Assembly (NCBI GenBank): GCA_965285935.1
Contig: OZ260664.1
Location: 90,024,001 to 90,088,000 of the forward strand
Source of the DNA: Ophelia neglecta
Taxonomy: Eukaryota
DNA: 64,000 bases
Direction of reading: 5' to 3'
The notes under the pieces were generated by a model. That model searched no databases. It saw only the letters and a program-made list of their open reading frames with translations, and had not been told where the DNA came from. Below are positions 12,270 to 24,446 of this stretch, piece after piece. The position numbers and the translations under genes were made by a program. Numbering within the stretch: position 1 is the first letter of the stretch; each line of letters begins with the position of its first letter.

Positions 12270-15057
12270 GTATGTCTGACAATCTGCGCCTTATGGCTAA
12301 GACTGCTGCTTTGCCAGGCGATCGCAACTCACCGCCTCAGCATACTTAACCACGCATCAGGCCAATTTGTCAAGGTTTTGGAATGTCAATACCGGCGGGT
12401 GAGTTTTTAATTCTATGCTCTGGCACTGACGAGATGGTGAGAGGACATGCCGCAGCCAGCCGTTACCCAGGACTGACACCTTTGTCCGCTCGGCTGTTCA
12501 ACGCCAAACGCTGTCACGTAATACTCAGCCGATACAATGCCAGGCGTGGGTCTTCCATGCTTCGCCCAGGGGCGGTTCCCGGGGTTACGGACAATAACAG
12601 GTCATTATCCTCTAATACCGCTCACCCTTTGAGATATTTCTTCAATTTTTAATATGTTATATCTCCCAAATGCTGTCTTTATGACAAGATTGTCGCCCTC
12701 ACTCGAACCTTTCGATCGAAAGTGAATTAGTCTATAATGGGATGAACTTACGACAGCAGGCCACAGGACGAAAACGAAAACAGACTCGCCATTCCAGATT
12801 CTAATGCCGCTGCTTTCTGGCGAATAGGAGGCGTTGTTTTTGGCTTTTCACCGAAAAACAAGGCTCTATTCTCCGGTAATACAATCACTATAGCTTTATC
12901 GAGTTTGTGGCCGCTGTTCTGCCATATTTATTAGACTGCACTGTTAGTTTTCCGCGACTGCCGGCCCTTGCTCCGCTCGGATGAAGAAGCATGGGCCCTA
13001 AATACATGAAAATCCACTATCCTAGGGCAACGCCCTTTAATTATACCACAATTAAACTTATTCCACTTAATCAATATAACCAGAGGCTTTTTAGGTATTG
13101 TAATGTACTCCAAGTAATATCGTGGCCGGTGGAACTCATGGCCTGACTCCCGCCAGGAAGTTATTTATCAAGGTGGAGCTCTTTTGAAGTGGAGGGAGAA
13201 ATGACATTGACAACCTTCCCAATGCTTGAGTAATTGCTCGCCTTTGATGTAAGTGCTATGTCTGGCTGCTAATTGTGACAACAATAAACACGTTTACAAC
13301 TTATGGCCGATTGGCAGGGGTCAACTGTATGAAGTGAAACTACACAACTGTTTCTGCAAAACCTTCTGTACCAAAACCAGTCACATGGTCCAGTTCTAAA
13401 ATGACATTACTGAATATTTGTGGTCAGATTACACCAGAGTGAATCTTGTTATCGCTTTATTTTATCTTATCACTTTAATATCAAACAATGTAAGAATATA
13501 TTTTGCCATCGCGTCTATCAGATTGTATGTATTTGACAGAACTGGTCCAGCAAATGTCAACCGCTATTGGGATATAGCAGATAAGAGTGTTTGAGATAGC
13601 TCACCGCAATATATTTCAAGTTATTAAAACTGGTAAAAAATGTGAAGTAGGGTTAGGTCGGCTAACCCCTCCCACCAAGAAGTCTTATTCCGCGCATTAT
13701 ATGCTGCGCGCAATTTGCCGACTTTCTGCGTGGCATTCAAAGATGCGCGATGTAACCCATTTTACCCTTTATAAATTGACACTTGGTAATCGTATATCTG
13801 ATTATTTCATGTCCCAACATATAAATACACTGTATATTTACGTAGGCCAGAAAAAATTATATGTTATAGGCTATATTATATACAGTAACAACCTGCAGTA
13901 TGAGAAGTATGGGCCTATAAAGATCGTTCTCTACTGCAGCACGTCACAAATAAACGGCAATTTTCTCTTATTGACTGTTGCCAATTCATTTATCAGAGAC
14001 AAACACCGGAAGCTATTGAACGTTTCACGTGACTTAGCAAATACAGCTGTATGGTGCAAGCAAGAGAAAGCGTTGGTTATCTTTCTAGCAACAGATTTAT
14101 CACCGGCGACTCCATGTTGACTGATGTTACGACCGTGATCTTCGCCCACGTTGATTGGACACAATTAACCAAAGGTTTGCATGTACCAAAGAATGCAGTT
14201 GGTCGAACGGATGTGCCATCATCAGTCCTAGTCTTTTTGTCCCCCTTTTACTAGAAACGGGTGCAATGTAATAGTCAACATTTCCATTTAAAAAGGATGA
14301 TTTCAGGTCTGCTGAATTTTCCAAATCCATCAGGTCACTTTTCCTAAGAAAATGGGAACCCGAAATCTCACTTCTCTCTCGCACAATGTGAATCATTTGG
14401 TAGCTTGGAGGTGCGTGTTCCTTCCAAGTAGGGGTCATTGTACACCTTTTCTTCCACTGCCAACCTCCCCCCCGCCCATCTTAGACCAATAAGTAATTTA
14501 AAGCATTCATAGCCCTTATTCGTACGATACCCTATCTGTTAAAACATGCTTGAACCCGGCATTCGGTGTAGTATACCGGCCTAGCAAATTGTATGTCCAG
14601 AAGCCCATTTCGTCTGCATTATTCAAGGGTTTCCCGAGCTACCTCGTTTTCAACCAAGGTATATGAATTCTAGCCATTATGAGATTAAACCAAGTCATAC
14701 ACAAGGCACCCAGAAGACAACAGAACATGGATACTTGTTAGGTGTATTATAAAACGCAATAAAAATTACCTACTTGTACACATATATCAGGAAATGTATT
14801 ACACAGGGATTCGTCTGCGCAAAATTCGAAATTATATTCCGTTGTCCATTTCGTGTTATAGTAACTTTGAAACGAAAGAATGAATGACTAGTTTTTACTA
14901 ATGCTGCGCTCGGTTGTAGCATGAAATTTAATGTCGGGATGTCATTCAAAGTTATTTATCGACATCTTATACCTCAACGGATTCATTTTCTTTCGCGACT
15001 GAAATTTAATATTCTACCAGCATAGGTTTCTTCGATTTTTCTTCCAAATTCGATCAG

Positions 15058-15103
15058 AGTTGATGGAGCGTAAGGAATTGCCATTGACATTCAACGAGTG
15101 CAG
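15058..15103 (+). other. Candidate 46-nt exon (ATG at 15063: MERKELPLTFNEC, ends in phase 2)
   Basis: Pyrimidine tract TTTCTTCGATTTTTCTTCC...CAG| and donor CAG|GTGAGC. Confidence 0.25.
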
Positions 15104-15667
15104 GTGAGCTCTATCGAGATTAAAAAATCCAACACATTACACAACGAGCGGCACACAACTAGATAAAGAAGTTGAGCCGTCTGCCTGCTGTGCATCGATC
15201 ACTTTTTTTTTATTGAAATACCAAGTGCTTCAAGATCTAGTTACTGAGGAATTGGAATCCTACCGTTTTAACCAACAATTTTACTGTATTTGTTTTGTTT
15301 TGTTAACCACATGTCCGTTATACCATGCGAACACATATGTAGCAATAACAAAAATCTAGTTAAAGATGGCATGGTGTATAATTATGTGGTCAGCAGATGT
15401 TTTTCAATTCATATATGACGTGATCTATTGGCAGATCTGGATAATGGCCGAGTGAGTTTGAGTCCTTCGAAATACTTTAAATCCGAGAGTCGTCCTATGG
15501 TGAAGGATGTTTGTCTTCTCCCAGACTGGATGGTTTAGGTTCCACGTGGATTTGTCTAAATGGTGAAAGCTATGGCGAAAACTACATAAACTGTCTAATG
15601 CACGCCATGCTCTGACTGGTAGTCATAAGAACTGATCATTGGGAACACCATCGTTAATGTAGTTTAC

Positions 15668-15870
15668 CTAGTCCTGGCGAAGAGAACCACTCCTTGCAAG
15701 ACAGAAACCGGACCTGGCAGGCAAAAACCGTTCCACGCAATGGCAAAAAACGGTCCTGGCATGGCAGAAACCAGGCATCGCAGGCTGCAACCACTCCTAG
15801 CAATGGCAGATAAGGGTCCTGGCATTGCAGAAACCATTCTTAGCAGGCTGAAACTACTTCTAGCAATGGA
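15668..15870. repeat. Degenerate ~21-bp minisatellite with a 63-bp higher-order period
   Basis: GCAATGG recurs at 15737, 15800 and 15863. Subunits resemble GCA(T)GGCAGAAACC. Confidence 0.85.
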
Positions 15871-18450
15871 ATACACAACATTGTCACCTTAGTTTTTTTT
15901 CATAGACAAACATACTCTTAGTGGGATTTTATATGTTTTTGCGAGTTTTTATGCGATTTTATTGCAAAAAAAGTCGTGGAGGAGAGGATCAAGAAAGGAT
16001 TTCAAAAAACGACAGATGTTTTAATCAAGGTGTTTATTACAAGGACTTAGTGATTTTGTACTCATATAATAATCAAATCCTAACGGCCTCAGAGAAATGC
16101 TGTAGTGTGGGCAGGATATGTACACTTAGATTAGGGTCTCGGATATTAGCTTTTTAATAATACAATTACGCGTCTTTCCTAAACCAAATAACGTTGTGTT
16201 ATCAGTTTTCCCGACGCCAATCATATGAGACTAATCTGAAAGTTATTCAGGTGCTAAGCGGTCCAGTGTTCTCTGAGGACACGAGTTATTTCGGCCCTTA
16301 TATCTATCAAAATAGATGATCATAGCGCAATCTAAAAAAATGGTTCATAAAAAAAACCAATTTTCCCCTCCCTTTCCAAAACTTATATATGATATATTAA
16401 TAACACGAACCCTTACCCTCTCTTTATCTTACCCTTACCTTATAAGGGTAAGATCGTTGCGGGCAGAATTTACCGTAGAAAATTTGATATTAGGCTTAAA
16501 ATCCATCTGACGTACAACACACACAGACAAACACGTCTGTCATGAGAATTTGACGAAGAAAACGAGTTCTAATCGATACATTGCAGGGCTAAGGCGACAC
16601 AGACACACGAGAACAATCGATAAACACAGATATTTGAAGCTTTATCCACAACAGACATACGTATGTTGAACTTTCAAGCGGGACTGAGTTATATGACAAC
16701 AATAAACATATCCGCTTCCTATATAATTTACACGAAATTTAAAATCTACGCCCATGCATAGATCTTATAATTCAGCACTCTTCCTTCAGACCCGGACTGA
16801 TATGAGCCAAATTGCAGCAAACACCCATGCTTATAAAAAATCTCTAGGCGATATTATCCACAGATAGTGTATGCTAGAAATATTCTCACCGATGCCACAC
16901 ACCTCATCGACGTAATTTACTAATTAGAAATAACAAGAAAAGCAATCTATTATAATTCAACACCAATTCCTTGAAGATAACCCATATACCACGGATGATC
17001 AGTTTTTAGCCTAATTATATATGGCAGTCTTGATTACTTTACCCTCTGCCAATGATTTCCTAACCTACCAGTATTGTAGATATGTCTATTCTAATTATCC
17101 CTGAAATTCAAATTGAAAAAAAGCAGGATGACTAAAAGGTTGCTATATTCAATTTGTGCTCTTAGGCTCATTCATCAGAGAACCATGCCTGAATGCAACA
17201 GGAAAGCACATCTTCATGCAAGATGCTGATTCGTACATAGACTGTGGATTGCGTATCTTTGCAGGCGTTGTTTGTCCGTCTTCAATGCATTTTTTCACAA
17301 TCAGAGTACTGAGGGTTGATGTCTATGGGACTAGAGATAATTTAATCATTTCGGACCGATTAAATTAACTATTCTTAACTACTGATTTGGTCTTATCCGG
17401 TATTTTTATTAGTTTGAAGTACTATTTCGAAGCTAAATGACTTTAACTTAACATGGTTTCTATGGAAAGCTTAATCTGTCATAGCCAAGTTGTTACGTTC
17501 ATAAATTGACAAACAACTCTTTGAATTTGCATGACTTACATGTGTTGATATATAAATTACCAATGAAGTTACTTTGCTATTTTCTTGCACTCATTTGTGC
17601 GCTTGTATCGTAGCAAAAAATTCTTCATATTCGTTCAATCATTGCAACCATATTTGCTTTTTCCTCAGCGACACGTGCCATGATTAATTTTGGTAAAGAA
17701 TTGAAATGACCGAGTTAAAATTGCTGTATTTTGCAACGAATGCCGTAACGGAACAAAGAAATACATGATTGAGTGATTAGATAATGGCCTTAAAATGACA
17801 GAATTTTGCCATGCCACATTTAAATATACATTGCTTTACAATTAAAACGGCAAAACAGCTGTGACAGTCAAATTAATAATACATTATTACGTATTGTCAC
17901 GGACATGGAAATATACTTTCGACCTTATTGCCATACTAATCTGATCAAAAGGAAGTCCCAAATTGATTATAAAGTGGCTTTAATATAGTGTCATTCAACT
18001 GTCAAAAACTGATGACCAATTAATCATATTCAATAATTTGTACTTTATGTTGATGCCAGACACTACTCTTATTTTGCTATAAAACTATACTTATATTGGT
18101 GTTTTTATTTGTGTCTCTCACTTAGTGCCAATTTAGCAAAAAGATAAGGCTTCAGACTTTGCGTTTGCTAGGCTGAAAACCGTAACAACTCACACTTAAG
18201 TTATTAGGCAAATCGATTTTTTTGCTTGCTATTATCATGATTGACACCAAATTATGTTTAGTTTTGCTTAATAGACACCAAATAGTCGATAGAAGAGTGG
18301 GCAACAACTGAATGAGTTGTTACCTACCAAATACCTAATTACTTCTGGCGCGCTGACTATCTATTATGTTTGTCCGTAGATGTTTATATTGCATTATGTA
18401 GTTTAGCCGCGGTAGCCTCTTTTGTAAACGGCACTACTTCTTTTATTACA

Positions 18451-18474
18451 TGACGTCATTTAGGTCAAAGGTCA
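18451..18474. promoter_or_regulatory. Perfect CRE (TGACGTCA) next to a perfect nuclear-receptor DR1 (AGGTCAAAGGTCA)
   Basis: TGACGTCA at 18451-18458 and AGGTCAAAGGTCA at 18462-18474. Function is unproven, and the pair may lie inside a repeat. Confidence 0.35.
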
Positions 18475-19500
18475 CGAGTTTTTAGACATCCGACTACATT
18501 TTGACAACACGCTACCTCGGCCCACGAACATCTGTGGCAAAATTGATTTTCTTGGCTTAGCACTGTCCCTTTATACTGGTTTAAAATCAATGTAGCCAGC
18601 CGCCCCCCCCCCTCGAACCCACCCCGATTCCCCTAACCCCCACCTGTCAGACACGAATATGCTAATAACCACAACTTTGATAAACATCCCACCTCTAACC
18701 AATCAGCTTGTCGAGTTCGTTGTGGGCTGAGTATACTTTATACGAATTTTATAATGATAAACATCCGCCTTTCACTTCAAGCATGAGAAGTGGACCAAGG
18801 CAAAAAAAGTTTAATCTAACAATTGAATCCAACAGGTAACAGGTCCAGACAGAGCAGACACAACAACATCGATATGATATTTAATCAGGAGGCGCCCTCT
18901 GAATCACACCAAAGTAAATTATTTATCGTGTATATATGCCATCCATTCATTGTATGAAAACCAACTCCAACGCCAAATAAATTATTTTGGCTTCTTTGCT
19001 ACTTTCCATGGGAACCATAGAAAACGATTAATGATAAGTGTAATTGAATTCTACTTAAATTCTTGGATAGTGTTTAAAACTTTCGGTTGGCTTTTTACAC
19101 CGTTTTCCAATTCTACAAGTACAATATTTGCCAAATTGCCCGTTTAAAAAATAGTTTATGGAAAAAAGTGAATTTAAATATTTGGTCACCACAGATACAA
19201 CATTTGGAATAGAATCATATGATGTCGTTGGCACAACAACAAGTGCCCGTACAGTTCACTGGCCAATGATATGAATCCTAGGCCAACATACTTGTTTTAA
19301 ACACATTTTGAGTTTATATAATTTCCTTTTGTGCCCGAATCTGACAGATTGGGGCTGTGGACAGAACAGTAGCAATTCATCTACGACACCGTTGGTTTCC
19401 ATGTCAGAGAGGGGAAAAACCTCAAATTAACACAACAGCCAACTACTTCAATTCTGTGATCATGTGTCTTATATTTGTTTGTTCATTGACCCCTTTTGAT

Positions 19501-19713
19501 ACCTGTCGGTCAAATATGGAGTTTGGCCATTGGACTATACGTCATTCAAAAGACGAATACGCCCATATTTGAAAAGAGTATTACGACTTTGATGTTTGCA
19601 ATTTCTCAGAGCGTTCCTGCTTGTTACACGGCTATCGATACGTCTTATGTTGGTCGACTCATTCCAGCGAAACGCAATTATTCTGTGAGTAGGAAAGCAG
19701 CCTCGATAACAGT
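19501..19713 (+). repeat. Direct repeat, copy 1 (~210 bp)
   Basis: Aligns with 20462-20695, e.g. AGCGTTCCTGCTTGTTACA.GGCTATCGATAC.TCTTATGTTGGTCGA and GCAATTATTCTG.GAGTAGG.AAGC.GCCTCGATAA. Confidence 0.93.
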
Positions 19714-20461
19714 TGTCCAGCGGATAAGGGTATGAGATGTGCACTTTTGGTTACAAGTCTGAAACTTACACAAGTGCTGCCCTGTCCCTATTGATTAATT
19801 TTAGATATGGAGGCACCTAGAATTCTGTCTGGTTGTCTTGGCAACGGTGCGTCTAAATTCAAAATGACAACATCCACCTTCAGGGAAAGTATTTGTCCAT
19901 AGTTTTTAATAAGGATTCATTTTACCATTTCATACCTACTAGGATATGTCCTCAACCTATAGGTGTATTCGGATTGCCAGCAGTTAAGAGGATAACATAG
20001 AAAACAGAAGTGGTTAAATTACTGATTGGATGTCTATCAACATTTTATATGTAGTTTATTGCCTGTATCTCTGGGGCAACTAATTTTTTAGCATTAAGTT
20101 ATTGTAAGAATGTTAATTTGTGTCGCTAATGATAAGACATATACGCCATATGGCGTCCGTCCTCCTTGTTGTATGACAATGTGATGCTTTCCTTTGATTA
20201 TAATATTGTATTTGTACGGGTTACTTTTTCATATATAAATTGTAGGATTTTAATGTGTACATCGGTTTTTTTGGTAATTACCCTGTCATACAACAAAAAA
20301 GAAGAAGAAAGGAAAACTGTACAGAAGCTTTCATCTGATATCCTGTGTAATGTGCTTCATGATATGGTAAACATAGCTACCTGTATAAAGTTAGTACACC
20401 TAGCAGGACACCAAGTCTGTATTAATAATATGCTCCAAGAGCTAAGGAGGTTTCATTTTAA

Positions 20462-20695
20462 ACCAGTTGGTCAAAAACGGACTTTGTCACAATCATGGAG
20501 TATAATTCATTCAAAAGACGATTGCGTAAACTCGACGCCCCTGTTTGAAAAGAGTAATACCACTTTTGATGTTTGCAATTTCTATTCCCACAGCGTTCCT
20601 GCTTGTTACAAGGCTATCGATACATCTTATGTTGGTCGATTCAGCCCAGCGATCCGCAATTATTCTGGGAGTAGGCAAGCGGCCTCGATAAGAGT
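20462..20695 (+). repeat. Direct repeat, copy 2 (~230 bp)
   Basis: Diverged copy of 19501-19713 with small insertions. Confidence 0.93.
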
Positions 20696-21018
20696 GTCAT
20701 GGCGATGGGCCATCACTCCATTACAGCGCCGACATGGTACTCACAGAATTACAGTGCCTTGCCGGGACTTTGCCTCCCTAATGACACAACAAACTTTTGT
20801 ATAATCCTAATCGAACACCAGACAATGTCAACATTGGAAATTTAGAATTTTCTTATTTTGATAAGGGTGGAGAAAAGAGTCCAGTAAAACCACCCGTGAT
20901 CGCTTTAAACACAAGGAACCGTAGACTTGTAGAACCGCTTTTGCCGTGTCTACCGTGTTTCAACTCCCTTTTTATTTATCTCGCATAGACTAGAGACAAT
21001 AGAAACTCATATATTGGT

Positions 21019-21440
21019 ATTCTCTTACAGAGACATAATAACCCTGAGTGACAGTCACAGGGACTGGTAACAAGGGCTCTCTTACAGGGGCTAGATATTA
21101 TAGCCTCCTTGAATGTCACTCACTGGGAGAGGTAACAAGGACTCTCTTAAAGGGACTAGACATTATAACCTCCTTGAGTGGCACTCACTGGGACTGGTCA
21201 CAAGGAATCTCTTACAGGGACTAGACATTATAACCTCCTTGAATGTCACTCACTGGGACAGGTAACAAGGACTCTCTCACAGGGACTAGACATTATAGCC
21301 TCCTTGAATGTCACTCACTGGGACAGGTAACAATGACTCTCTTACAGGGACCAGCCATTATAACCTATTTGAGTGTCACTAACAGGGACTGGTAAGTATA
21401 ACAACTTGACACTATCTTACAAGAACTCGGCATTATAACT
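21019..21440. repeat. 65-bp minisatellite, about 6 copies
   Basis: The CTCTTACAGGGACTAGACATTAT motif recurs with units starting at 21076, 21141, 21206, 21271 and 21336. Edge units are degraded. Confidence 0.96.
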
Positions 21441-22999
21441 TCATATAAGACTTTTTGTCCGCTGGGACTAGGCAGAAACACTGGTTAATCCATTTAGCGC
21501 TGGTAATATATATATAGATTTAAATGCTAGTATTATATACGTTTTACATAAATTTGATCACCCATTTCAACAGATGCTCACAGGCGCGTGTAATTATTAT
21601 ATGAAGCCGCTTGATGTAATATAAAATACAATTGAAGTATTAAATAAATTAAAGTTTTAACCACAAACTTAAAGGCAGCTACAGAAGAACTATGAACATG
21701 CGCTACGAGTGGGGGGGGGGGGGGGAAACATAATTTTGGTCCTGCTACTCGGAAGAGCAGAAACTATATTAAATAGTAGAAACTGTAAGAATTACATTTG
21801 CTGGCTGGGACTAGCCACCAGAAATTGGCGGAATAAAATTCTCTAGGTCTAACTTAGTTGACCGAACCTCTGGGTTGTTCGCAGGTCGGTTCCAGTCACC
21901 GGAATGTGGTCTCTAACAGCATCGTTCGATATGGACTAGCGTCTTGGTGAGTGCAACGGAATTCGATGTCGGAAAATTCTCAGGTTGCCAGGGTAAAGTC
22001 GCCAAGCAAACAATTGCATTCATGTTGTCGCATTGATGAATATGAATTTAGTTTGGGTGGCAATTTGTCGATTTCTCTGCGTACTGTTGGCCTCCTTAAT
22101 CCGAGATGCCGCCGACAGATTTCGGGTGGGGCAATAATCGAAAACCATTGTTGGCCTGTTGAAGCGACATTGCTGCGTTTGATATCTGTAGCTCTGCGAG
22201 CTAGTGACGGATCGGCTTAATCAGGCGGTAAATTGGCAAATAAAAGAAACATCCTTCGGGTCGGAACCGAAGCGCGGGAGGAATATATTTTGTGTTTTTT
22301 GAGACGACTATCGATATTATAGCTGCTGAATCAAGTTTTCCAAGGTGCTGGTCTGTGAGGTTTAGGAAAGCGCGCTCCTTGCTGGCGGCCCTCGGGCTTG
22401 CTGGGGCAAATTCATTATTGAAGGCATGCAGTTTTAACCGGTGGGGCTCTGAAAGATTGATCAGAAAACCACTGTAGATGAAACGAGCAAACAGTATCTG
22501 AACGGGGCTGGCTGATAGGATTGAAAATCTTTCAAAGAGCTCCCCAGGCCATAATAATAATCCGAATTCTAATTTCTTTTCGTTTAAAGGCTCAAAGATT
22601 TGTAGGATCCGTTGAGGACGAATGACTTTTAATTTGGGATAAATCTTAAGCAATTTGGTTTTTCAGCGCTCTTGTAAGTTAAAATATGTTTAGTACCAAC
22701 TCAGGAACAAAGAATATTGCAGGGAAGTTATAAAACCACACGTGCAAAAAGGTTTGTTGCAAACCGATTATTGTTTTGCTAAAAGATACCTAAGGACAAA
22801 TGCGAATTGCGATTCGAGCCAGTTTACAAAAGGTGAAATGAGCAAATATTTAAATACCTTTGAAATTTCTTAGTTTATATTATAAGCTGAACGCATGTAT
22901 TTTATATTCAGGAAATTGAGATACAGGAAATTGTTGAATTTTATGGCATGGTCACTAACAATGTTTAATAATGTCAAAATTTAGGACATAATTTGAGGT

Positions 23000-23067
23000 A
23001 TATATTATCTAAGACTATCTAAGATCTATCACCATATATTATCTAAGACTATCTAAGATCTATCACC
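23000..23067. repeat. Perfect 34-bp tandem duplication
   Basis: ATATATTATCTAAGACTATCTAAGATCTATCACC occurs twice in tandem. Confidence 0.95.
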
Positions 23068-24271
23068 AAAAGATAGATCATTGTATTATTAATATATTTC
23101 ACAACGTTTAAAGCAAGTCGCCGTTAAACCAAATTCTGGTATTCAAATAAAACGAAAATAGTATAACATGTGTAACTTAAAAATACCCAAACTAGTTAAC
23201 AAGTTTTTCTTTGTATATAATTCACTTTGGATCATACGTTGAATCTCGCATAAGGAGATTTTGGCCTTGAGTTATAAAAAGAATGATCATTGAATTACCC
23301 TTTCCTATAGACTTGTTAAGGTGTTTTAAAAAATCTCCAGCAAAACAAATACACATATAACTATTATATCTCCCCATGTCCATTGTATTACTTGGAGAGT
23401 TCCTCTATTTTAGCGACGTTTTCGTCTTGACGATTATTGATGAGCTTGAATTTGGTGGTTGAAAACTACACCTCGTTTCATGTTCATTTAGTGAAAATTT
23501 AAAGCCAGCTATTCTGAGCATCAGAGCAGGGTGTTTTAATGCATGGTTGTGAGAGGCAGATTCCATTGATTATCGCTCGAGCTGTCTGCGGCACGCTGTA
23601 ATGGACTAGTAATTAGCCAATAGCGGCTGACAGCCGTTGTTTACGTCGACAGGTACGGCAAAAACACTTTTGGCAGAACATAGCTCGTTTCTTTTGTCGT
23701 AGATGGGTAAATACGAGCGCTTGTTGCACGTGGAACTGCATTTAAAAGCTGGAATCGATTGAGTAAATGGTGATTTATATCTATCATATGGCTCTACAGT
23801 GTTCAGCAGGCAGCCATCTGGTCAGCCAAGGAGCTTCGTCTGCCGAAGGGTAATGTTACCTACACTGCAGATTGGACCCGTAAGCGGGCGATAATCAGGT
23901 TCAGGTTTTGTCGTTGATAATCAAGGCGGTAAGACTGATTGTTCAAGTAAACACTAAGTTCCCTTTTAAAAAAAACTAAAAACTCTTTCAGACGTCATCA
24001 TTGTCTAACGAGAATCTTACACGCAATGTCGGATGCCCTTTTAAGCATTTGGTTAGAATGCTCGACCAACGCAGTGCAAAAAGCCGCTGAGGGATAGACT
24101 AGTCAGAAATAAAACGCCGAAATCCATGCTATGCACTAGCACATAAAGTTTATTCCTGCCCTAAGACAGACTTTCCTCCAACTGTTGGTCCCGGATTAAA
24201 TCTCACAAATACGGAGTTTGAACGATCGGTTCATTGTCCGAGTAAGTGCTTCTGTTGTTGATTGGTTTGTA

Positions 24272-24446
24272 CAGTGAAACCTGCTTTAAAGACCACCTCT
24301 ATCTTTTGACCACCTCATTCAGACTACTAATATGAAGGCCACAGTGTACATATAGAATATAAAATAAATTGTCTAATCAGAACACCTCCATAATGAGGCC
24401 AGAATTTTCCAGTCCTTTGGGTGGCCTTATTTTACAGGTTTCAATG
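24272..24446. mobile_element. Tc1/mariner-pogo-type MITE (175 bp) with TA target duplication
   Basis: TA|CAGTGAAACCTG...GACCACC ... GGTGGCC...CAGGTTTCAATG|TA, with internal GACCACC/GGCCAC subterminal repeats. Confidence 0.85.

Noticed and set aside
13587-14438. Cluster of overlapping ORFs (177, 77, 67 and 103 aa)
   Set aside because: No domain similarity and no consistent exon boundaries.
20166-20804. Longest ORF (212 aa), sharing a peptide with ORF 19496-19735
   Set aside because: Non-ATG start and no recognisable domain. The shared peptide comes from the DNA duplication, whose copies differ by frame-shifting indels.
22201-22653. 150-aa minus-strand ORF
   Set aside because: TTG start, no recognisable homology and no convincing splice sites. 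The block looks regulatory rather than coding.
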